From an uncultured Alphaproteobacteria bacterium (lineage in GTDB: Bacteria; Pseudomonadota; Alphaproteobacteria; SMXQ01): DNA of 64,000 nucleotides. Positions 57,036 to 64,000 of the stretch are shown piece after piece. Below the pieces are notes generated by a model. The model ran no database searches. It worked only from the letters and a program-made list of their open reading frames with translations, and was not told the DNA's origin. The stretch covers positions 845,451 through 909,450 of the forward strand of contig CAVVYA010000002.1 in the NCBI GenBank assembly GCA_963752345.1. Reading direction: 5' to 3'. Position 1 is the stretch's first letter. Each line of letters opens with the position of its first letter. Position numbers and translations under genes: made by a program.

Positions 57036-57868
57036 TGCTTGAGCACACCGTCGATCCACTGGGCCACGCGGGCGCGCGCCTTGTCGCGTGAAGCCGGATG
57101 TTCGCCGACACGGTACTTGTCGAACACGAGGGCTTGCCTGACCGGATTGTCGAACGAATGCGCAGCACCCGGCATGACGACCAGTTCCATCCGCGCCGGG
57201 TCGCGTTGTGACGATTTCAGCGTTTCGCAAAGCGCGAGCGGCGTCCAGTTGTCGTCGTCGCCGACGAAGACCAACGTCGGCCGGACAAGCTGCACCTTCG
57301 CCGCATTGCCATAGGCGCAAGCCGGATACATCAACAGTCCGGCGACGAAACCACGGCCGCGCGCCGTGCCCTCATGCAACGCCAGCAAGGCGCTGCCGCC
57401 ACCATGGGACTGTCCCATCAGCGCGATACGATCGGTTTTCACGAAGGGCTGTGCCTGCAGCCAGGTCAAGGCCGACATGGCGTCATCGGCGCGACGCCGC
57501 GCCCAGGGATTCTTCGCATCATTGCACACCGACCGCACACCCCGGGTGCTCAAGCTGTCCACCAGGAGAAAGCCGACGCCGCGCTGATTGAAGAACTCCG
57601 CCCAATGCCCCTGCAGCGACGTGTTGGCGCCGCCGCAGCCATGCAGGAAGACGACGAACGGCGTCGGCGCACTACCCGGCGGCCGATAGAGCTTCGCCGC
57701 GAGCTCGCCGGCCGCAACGCCTTCGTCGAATTCCTTGAGCCAACCGCCTTGCCAGGGAATGCGGACATCCTGCTCCGCCGCAGCGGGGGTCGATCGCACT
57801 ATCAATGGCGCAAACGCCATGATCGCGAGAAAAAGCAAGCGGGCGGCGGCGCGGCTCTGCATGGTCAT
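57032..57868 (-). CDS. Secreted dienelactone hydrolase family alpha/beta hydrolase
   Basis: GAGGGGGA SD before ATG 57868. Signal peptide. FLHGCGG, GQSHGG nucleophile elbow, GDDDNWTP, GAAHSF. Confidence 0.8.
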   Translation of the reverse strand: MTMQSRAAARLLFLAIMAFAPLIVRSTPAAAEQDVRIPWQGGWLKEFDEGVAAGELAAKLYRPPGSAPTPFVVFLHGCGGANTSLQGHWAEFFNQRGVGFLLVDSLSTRGVRSVCNDAKNPWARRRADDAMSALTWLQAQPFVKTDRIALMGQSHGGGSALLALHEGTARGRGFVAGLLMYPACAYGNAAKVQLVRPTLVFVGDDDNWTPLALCETLKSSQRDPARMELVVMPGAAHSFDNPVRQALVFDKYRVGEHPASRDKARARVAQWIDGVLKQ

Positions 57869-58078
57869 TCCCCCTCGGCGGGATGTTCGTTTCGGCAAGA
57901 CGCAAACACGACCGAAGGTGCGAGAGTAGCATAACCTCGGCGCCGTCACAGACGCCGGGATCGGCCGCACGACCGCGACCAAATCCTTAGACATTGGCGG
58001 GTTGCTGCCGCATGATCGTTGGGCGGCGCACCCGCGGCTCGAGCCGGCAATGCAATAGAGCAGCCGCTTTGGGGAGAC

Positions 58079-58694
58079 ATGGCCACACTGCATCTGATGT
58101 TGAGCGAGGGCTTCACCCCCGATGCGGCGGACGGATTGGCGCGCGAGCTAGCCCCCTATATCCGTACCGAAACGCCGGAAATCTATTGCCGCAAGTCGAG
58201 CGAATTGGAGGCCCTGCCGCAGTTCATCCATGCCGTCGGTCAAGGCCAGTTGTGGCAGGACGCGCTCGGCTCGCCCGCCGCCGCCTTCCTCAACCAGCTC
58301 GGCTATCGCGCCGCGCGATATCTCGTGGGACGAGGCCGAGCATGCCCTGGCGCGAAGCGATTGCGCGCCGCTCGCCCGGATTGCCGGCGCCCTCACCATC
58401 GCAAAGGAAACCATCGCGCGGCCTGCCAGCATCATCGTCGGGCTCAATATTCCAAACGACCGGTTTGGCACCGTGGTGGTGATCGACGACCGCCGGCCGG
58501 TGAAGATCGCCTATGCGATCGCGCGCTTCGTCAGCCGCGCCGCCGAGATCGCCACCGTCATCCAGCGCGCGGTGGTCACCGGCGAGACGCCGCGCGGCCC
58601 CGCCCTGCTGTCGTTCGGCGATGACGGTAGCGTATTGATACGGTGGAACAGCCGCGCCGACATGCGGCCGCACGAGGCACGCCTGCCGCTATAA
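58079..58694 (+). pseudogene. Hypothetical protein, one frameshift
   Basis: MATLHLMLSEGF...NQLGYRAARY (58019 frame) continues as SWDEAEHALARSD...LIRWNSRADMRPHEARLPL (58230 frame). The switch is near 58315-58325. No known domain recognised. Confidence 0.5.
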
Positions 58695-58811
58695 CGGAAA
58701 ATCGCGTGGGCCGGGATACCGCCCGGGTCGCGCGCAATCCGACTGCCGAGTAGGCCATCGCGTCCCCGCGAGCTTTGCGACGTCAACTGTGGCGCGCGGG
58801 CCGCAGGAGCC

Positions 58812-58994
58812 TCAACCGGGCGCCGGCCCCTTCGGCCCCGCGAAATACCAGATGATGAGCCCCAGGAGAGGCAGGAACAGGATCAGGAGAATCCACACCA
58901 CCTTGGCGCCTGTGCTCGCGGAACTGCCGATGATCTTCAAGATCGCCCAGATATCGAGCGCCAGGATGATGAGCCCCACCAACCCTTCGAGCAT
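58812..58994 (-). CDS. PLDc_N-type small membrane protein (two TM helices)
   Basis: GGGAGGAAAC SD before ATG 58994. LDIWAILKII...KVVWILLILFLPLLGLIIWYF is the PLD-nuclease N-terminal domain pattern. Confidence 0.75.
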   Translation of the reverse strand: MLEGLVGLIILALDIWAILKIIGSSASTGAKVVWILLILFLPLLGLIIWYFAGPKGPAPG

Positions 58995-59084
58995 GTCGTT
59001 TCCTCCCAAGCTTCAAGGGCCCGTGGCCCAGGATGCGGATCATTAACGGAGCGCCACGTTACAAGGTTCCCCCGGTCCGGGCGA

Positions 59085-59435
59085 TCAGTGCAGCGCGTCC
59101 AGCATACCGTGCAAATGGGCCACCGCCAGCTCGATATCGACATACTTGTATTGGCCGGCCCGCGCCTCGGCGGTGAGCAGACCGCACCGATGGACCTTCT
59201 TGAAATCGCCATAGGGGAATTTGTAATGGGCTTTGGTATCCTGCGGTTCACCGTCGTCGACGCCGAGATACCATTTTCGATATTCGGCGAAGCCCTGCTT
59301 CTCGATGAAGCTGTTCTCCTGCGCGGCCGACGGCTGATGCTCGCTCCAAGCATCGCGCTGGTCGAACACGAACTGCTTGGCCCTGATCAGCTTGCGCGCA
59401 TGATCGAAGGCCGGACGGTTCAAGGTCACAGACAT
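59085..59435 (-). CDS. Conserved hypothetical protein
   Basis: AAGGAGA SD before ATG 59435. 116 aa. HYKFPYGDFKKVHRCGLLTAEARAGQ. No family name recalled. Confidence 0.6.
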   Translation of the reverse strand: MSVTLNRPAFDHARKLIRAKQFVFDQRDAWSEHQPSAAQENSFIEKQGFAEYRKWYLGVDDGEPQDTKAHYKFPYGDFKKVHRCGLLTAEARAGQYKYVDIELAVAHLHGMLDALH

Positions 59436-59508
59436 CACGAAGTCTCCTTGGACGCGCTGTCGGTCGAGCAGCGCGCGTGCCGTTCGCACTGCACCGTCAT
59501 TGCTGCGG

Positions 59509-60063
59509 CTAATCGTCGAGCCGGTTGAGTACGCGGCCCTCGATTTTGACGCCGGCCATCAAGCCTTGCTGGCCCCAGACGAAAACCACGATCGGCTTAT
59601 TGAGCGTGGCGGTCGAGATCTCGCCGGTGCCGCCGACGCTGGCCACGGCGAAGTCGACGCCGGCGCCCAGTTCGAATCCCTTCGATTTGCGGAAATCGTT
59701 GTAGGCCTGGTCGGTATTGAAGAAATAAGCCTCGGAATGGGTCTGAGCGCCGAGTTGCAATCCGAGCGACGCGCCGCCGACGCTGTAGTAGCCGACAGGA
59801 CGGCCGCGTCCGAACAGCACGCCACGGCCATATCCGGCGCCCACGATGAAGCCCCCTTCGGTGACCGTCGGAAACACCAGGATGGCGCGCGAATTGTCGC
59901 CAACGGCCTTGGCCGCCGGAACCCGGCGGTAGAGATCGTCGAGCGCGGTTCGCGCCTGCTGGACCAGGGTCTGGCGATCCTCCGGCGCGGGGCTGGAGCA
60001 GGCCGTCAGCAGCGCCAAGCCGGCAATCAGGATGAAACGGAGCGTGTGGCGGGACAATGTCAT
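59509..60063 (-). CDS. SYLF (Ysc84/DUF500) lipid-binding domain lipoprotein
   Basis: MTLSRHTLRFILIAGLALLTAC lipobox. ILVFPTVTEGGFIVGAGYGRGVL...GASLGLQLGAQ...ELGAGVDFAVASVG. Confidence 0.8.
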   Translation of the reverse strand: MTLSRHTLRFILIAGLALLTACSSPAPEDRQTLVQQARTALDDLYRRVPAAKAVGDNSRAILVFPTVTEGGFIVGAGYGRGVLFGRGRPVGYYSVGGASLGLQLGAQTHSEAYFFNTDQAYNDFRKSKGFELGAGVDFAVASVGGTGEISTATLNKPIVVFVWGQQGLMAGVKIEGRVLNRLDD

Positions 60064-60348
60064 CGTGCTGGCTCCCGCGGCGCGGCGCGAAGCCTTGCCG
60101 CTGCAAGAGTGCGAGGCGGCCCGCGGAGCGAGGCCGAGCGTTGTGCCCATGCACATACGGTGCCCTGAAACACGTCGCACCATGCGAAGTTCCGGACGGG
60201 ACCCGCGCTGGATTGCCGTATGGCGAAGCTCTGCGGCCATGGCAGGAAAGCTCCGAGATCAACGGCGCGGCCTATCGCCGCGCGCCACATGCGCGCGCCC
60301 GGCGCCAGAAATTCATCGGATGTTCCGGCCCCCGCGCGCTGCGCCGCT

Positions 60349-60930
60349 TTAAGACATCGGCACGTCGGACGCCGGGGGATCGGCGGCTTTCCCGCCCGTG
60401 AGTTCGTCGACAACATGTTTGGCGAATGTCTCATAGAGCCAGCCCATCCGCGCATCGGTTTGTCCGCCCGCAAAGCCGCCCAACGCCCATGATGCCGAGA
60501 CGGCGAACCGCTGCAATTCGACGCCGTCCGGCGAGCGCACGATGACATCGCCCTTGATGTGATCGTCGCCGGCCATGAAGCCGAACATGACCGCATTGAA
60601 TGCGGACCGTGAACGGATGCTGGTGACCAAAATTTCCACGGACGGCAATGCTTGGTCTGGTCGCGGCGCGAGCGCCCGCTTCTGCTCGAGGCTTTGTCGG
60701 ATCATGCGCATCAGCGTGCTCTGATCAAATCGTACGGTCGTCGAGGCGATCTGCTGCGCCTCGGGCGTCAACGAGAGCGAAACCACGCCCACCTGTTGAC
60801 TGGCTCCGAACACGGGCGGCGGCGGCGCTCCGGTACCGGGCGATCTGATCACGCCGCTGGCACACGCGGACATCAAAAGCAAAAGCGCCGGCAAGGCGCA
60901 GAACCTCACCCCGCGAAAAATCATGCTCAT
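60349..60930 (-). CDS. Lipoprotein (DUF4410-like)
   Basis: MSMIFRGVRFCALPALLLLMSAC lipobox. The family guess is from memory and is weak. Confidence 0.6.
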   Translation of the reverse strand: MSMIFRGVRFCALPALLLLMSACASGVIRSPGTGAPPPPVFGASQQVGVVSLSLTPEAQQIASTTVRFDQSTLMRMIRQSLEQKRALAPRPDQALPSVEILVTSIRSRSAFNAVMFGFMAGDDHIKGDVIVRSPDGVELQRFAVSASWALGGFAGGQTDARMGWLYETFAKHVVDELTGGKAADPPASDVPMS

Positions 60931-61562
60931 GAGAAATAACCCCCCGGTCGAAACCGCTTTCGAGCGGTGCGGAAAGAGTTTATGCCGGCATTGGCCGCCG
61001 CAAAATCCGCAATATCTGCCAAAGTGAATGGCATTCCAATGGGATGGAAGGCCCGGGAGGGATGAGAAACGCGTCGCGTTGCTGAGGGCAGCACCCGCCA
61101 CTATGCGCGATCGGCAAACGTGATCCATCGCGGGACTGCCGAGCGTAAACGCCACAATCGCATGTCGATCCAGCACGGGGAGTCGGGCCATGGCAAGCGA
61201 GGTCGCGGCAAGCGGCCGTCAGAGGGCGGCGAGCGAGGCACAGGCGCCGTTCCCCAGCGACGTGCGGATCCCGAAGACGCTCGCACGGCCCCGGTTCACG
61301 ACGGCTTATTACCAGGCCCTTCTCGACCCCAGGTGACGGTCCGAAGAACTGGCCACGGGCCCTCCCCGAAATCCGATTTCGCCCGGATCGCGCCCCGCGC
61401 TCCTACGGGCTCTCCCATTCAGCCGCTACGGTGCTTCTTTTTCGGCAGGCGCGCGCTATGGTAGCGAAAGACCTTTCGCTCGCCCACACGCGCGGGCTCT
61501 GAACCCAAGGAAGAAGAAAATCGTTTGCTCAGGAAGGATTCTCGGCGCAGAGGTGAGGCGGC

Positions 61563-62639
61563 ATGGTTGAGTTGACCATCGTGGTCCCGACGTTCAATGA
61601 GCGGGACAACGTGGAATTGCTTTTCAACCGTGTGAGGGAGGCATTCAAAAGCGACAATTGGGAGATGATTTTCGTCGACGACAATTCGCCGGACCGGACG
61701 GCGTCCGCGGTCCGCGAGTTGGCGCAGCGCGACCGCCGGGTACGGTGCATTCAGCGAATCGGACGGCGCGGGCTCACGACGGCGGTTATCGAGGGCATGC
61801 TGGCGAGCAGCTCCCCTTATCTGGCGGTCATCGACGGAGACCTGCAGCACGACGAATCGCTCTTGCCGAAAATGCTCGACATATTGAAGGCCGAAGACGT
61901 GGACGTCGTCATCGGCAGCCGCCGCATCGCGGGCGGAGACCTGGGCGACTGGGCCGCGGAGCGCGTGGCCATGAGCAACTTCGCGACGCAACTGTCACGC
62001 CTCGTCGTCCCCGCCACCTTGTCGGATCCCATGAGCGGCTTTTTCATGCTGCGGCGCTCGGCTTTCGAATCCACCGTCCACAATCTTTCGGGGCAGGGCT
62101 TCAAAATTTTGCTCGATCTGTTTGCCTCGTCGCCGACGCCCTACAAGTTCAAGGAACTTCCTTACGTCTTCCGCCAGCGTGTTCACGGCCAGAGCAAGCT
62201 GGAAACCTTCGTGGCCTGGGAATATCTGACCCTGCTTCTCGACAAGCTGTTCGGCCGGTACGTCCCCGTCCGCTTCATTCTGTTTGGCGCCGTCGGGTCG
62301 TTCGGCGTCCTCGTCCATCTCGCGACGCTGTGGCTCTGCCTTCCCCTGGTGTCCTTCCCCGCCGCGCAGGCTCTCGCGACGATGACGGCAATGACGAGCA
62401 ATTTCACGCTGAACAATGCTCTGACCTACAGGGACCGGCGGTTGCGCGGAATGCGGTTCGTCACCGGGCTGGTATCCTTCTATGTCATCTGCAGCATCGG
62501 CGCCGCCGCCAATGTCGGCGTCGCATCGTCGATCTTCTATCGGGATTACTCCTGGTGGGTGTCCGGCATAGCCGGCGCCATGGTCGGCGTTTTATGGAAT
62601 TACGTGGTTTCCTCGGTGGTCACGTGGCGGCGGACATAA
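61563..62639 (+). CDS. GT2 polyprenyl-phosphate glycosyltransferase fused to a GtrA-like membrane domain
   Basis: LTIVVPTFNERDN, IFVDDNSPD, VIDGDLQHD (DxD) in the GT2 part. Four C-terminal helices ending NYVVSSVVTWR, typical of GtrA. Confidence 0.85.
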   Translation: MVELTIVVPTFNERDNVELLFNRVREAFKSDNWEMIFVDDNSPDRTASAVRELAQRDRRVRCIQRIGRRGLTTAVIEGMLASSSPYLAVIDGDLQHDESLLPKMLDILKAEDVDVVIGSRRIAGGDLGDWAAERVAMSNFATQLSRLVVPATLSDPMSGFFMLRRSAFESTVHNLSGQGFKILLDLFASSPTPYKFKELPYVFRQRVHGQSKLETFVAWEYLTLLLDKLFGRYVPVRFILFGAVGSFGVLVHLATLWLCLPLVSFPAAQALATMTAMTSNFTLNNALTYRDRRLRGMRFVTGLVSFYVICSIGAAANVGVASSIFYRDYSWWVSGIAGAMVGVLWNYVVSSVVTWRRT

Positions 62640-64000
62640 CCCGCGGGGCGGTCAGCAACCGAACGGCCGCCTGGCTCGTCTGCGCGACCTTCATCGCGGC
62701 CGCCGCGGCCCTGAGGCTTTTCGACCTGTCGGCCTACAGCCTGGAGACGGATGAGGTGTTCAGCGTGATCGCCGCGCGCTCCACCTGGGACCAGATGTTC
62801 TCGATCGTCGTGAACGACAAGTCCCATCCGCCGCTGCATTACGTCGTCCTGAAACTCTCGCTTTGGCTCGGCGGCGCAACGACAGCATGGGCGCGCCTGC
62901 CCTCCGTGCTGTTCGGAATCGGCCTCGTGCCGATCGCCTGGGCACTTTGCCGGGAACTGAGCCTCAAATACCGCGACACGCTGCTCGTTCTCGCTCTTGT
63001 CGCCATGAACGGCACGCTGATCTATTTCGCGCAATTTGCCCGCATGTTCGCGGCGCTCGAGTTTTTCGCCGCCCTTTCGCTTTGGCTATTCGTCCGGCTG
63101 TGGCGGGAATTTTCCTGGCGCACCTGGGCCCTGCTGACCATCGTGAACATCCTGATGGTCTATTCCCACTACTGGGGCTTCATGGCCGTCGCCACGCAAT
63201 GCATTCTGACCGTGCTCGGCGCGCGGAAGAGAGCGGCGACGATGATTCTGTCGGCGGCCGTCACCGGGCTCGCGTTTCTGCCATGGCTCGTGCTGGTCGG
63301 CTCGGCTGCCCTGCGCCAGGAAAATCTGGCCGGCCAGATTTCCTGGATGGGCACGGGAGTGCCGGGCTTGATCGACTACATGTGGCTCATCGCCGCATTC
63401 AATGGCTTTATCGGCTTTCCCGACGCCACCCGCCTGGGGCTCATCCTCTTCGCCGTTCCGATTCTGGCATTTTGCCTGGCCCTGGTCGTCGACCGGCGCT
63501 ATCGCAATCTTTTCGAGCCGGAATCGCCGGGCTTTTGGATCATGGCCATTGCCGCGCCGATGCTGCTGACCTCGATCGCCAGTTTCGTCGGCAAGCAGAA
63601 CCTGTGGGGCGAACGGCATCTCAGCATCGTCGCCCTGCCCTATTATATGTTAATCGGGCTTTCGCTCAGCCGGCTCAAGGCCGAAGCGCTGGCCAACGTG
63701 CTCCGCTGCGCGATCCTGGTTTGGGCGGTCGCGGCCGCGGCGAGCGATCTCGCGCGCGACGACAAGCGGTTTCGTTGGGACCTGGTCGCCGCCGCGATCG
63801 CCGCGCGCGCGCCGGCGCCGGTCTATGTGTCCGAATGGTTCATTCGCGTGCCGCTGGCCTACTATCTGGAGACCGCACCGGAGATCCCGGTCGCCGAGGC
63901 GCGCGATCCGGGCCAGATCCGCGACACGCGATTTTGGTATGTTTACCGGGATACGACATGGACCGGCGCCAATCCGGAGAGCCGGTTCACCGGCCAGGGG
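62594..64000 (+). CDS. ArnT/PMT-like (GT39/GT83-type) membrane glycosyltransferase, 3' partial at window end
   Basis: Open frame from ATG 62594 (or GTG 62624) to the window end, not in the ORF track because no stop is reached. First loop LETDEVFS...DKSHPPLHY, then multiple hydrophobic helices. Overlaps the GT2 gene end. Confidence 0.7.
   Translation, partial: MELRGFLGGHVAADITRGAVSNRTAAWLVCATFIAAAAALRLFDLSAYSLETDEVFSVIAARSTWDQMFSIVVNDKSHPPLHYVVLKLSLWLGGATTAWARLPSVLFGIGLVPIAWALCRELSLKYRDTLLVLALVAMNGTLIYFAQFARMFAALEFFAALSLWLFVRLWREFSWRTWALLTIVNILMVYSHYWGFMAVATQCILTVLGARKRAATMILSAAVTGLAFLPWLVLVGSAALRQENLAGQISWMGTGVPGLIDYMWLIAAFNGFIGFPDATRLGLILFAVPILAFCLALVVDRRYRNLFEPESPGFWIMAIAAPMLLTSIASFVGKQNLWGERHLSIVALPYYMLIGLSLSRLKAEALANVLRCAILVWAVAAAASDLARDDKRFRWDLVAAAIAARAPAPVYVSEWFIRVPLAYYLETAPEIPVAEARDPGQIRDTRFWYVYRDTTWTGANPESRFTGQG

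Noticed and set aside
61120-61464. 114-aa ORF in the long intergenic region
   Set aside because: No SD sequence, Arg/Gly/Pro-rich, no hydrophobic core or motif. The interval is treated as non-coding pending blastx.
1-64000. CRISPR arrays, IS elements, integrases, prophage blocks, rRNA/tRNA genes
   Set aside because: No transposase, integrase or phage-structural signatures appeared in any ORF. No regularly spaced repeats were seen, and no non-coding gap is long enough for rRNA. Absence was judged by eye only.

Overview
High-GC (about 65% by eye) chromosomal segment. Gene content (Bug/TctC expansion, ArfB, MASE1/Cache-PAS hybrid kinases) points to an alphaproteobacterium of the Hyphomicrobiales/Bradyrhizobiaceae type; this is an unverified inference. 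I call about 65 protein-coding genes. I found no rRNA, tRNA, CRISPR array, transposase or integrase. The window is rich in solute-binding proteins: six Bug/TctC-family (TTT) receptors, two TAXI-type TRAP receptors and one ABC receptor. The only matching membrane component is a multiply frameshifted TRAP fused permease. Other content includes two large paralogous hybrid histidine kinases, three stand-alone receiver proteins, a BLUF photoreceptor and two cold-shock genes (one with tandem CSDs). There is also a CDP-alcohol phosphatidyltransferase/HAD/HIT operon, a GT2-GtrA plus ArnT-like glycosyltransferase pair, and assorted oxidoreductases, cupins, VOC proteins and lipoproteins. Main leads: (1) an orphan QueC-like PP-loop protein about 450 aa long, in a lower-GC patch next to a short secretin-motif protein; (2) an archaeal-type CTP-dependent riboflavin-kinase (DUF120) homologue translationally coupled to a signal-less TAXI-like binding protein; (3) a conserved two-cysteine C-terminal extension of about 70-90 aa on two of the six Bug receptors; (4) about 20 frameshifts in 12 genes, clustered in two places. 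At least three frameshifts sit in homopolymer runs, so assembly error and real gene decay cannot be separated from sequence alone. Family names come from motif recognition by eye and memory, not from database searches.
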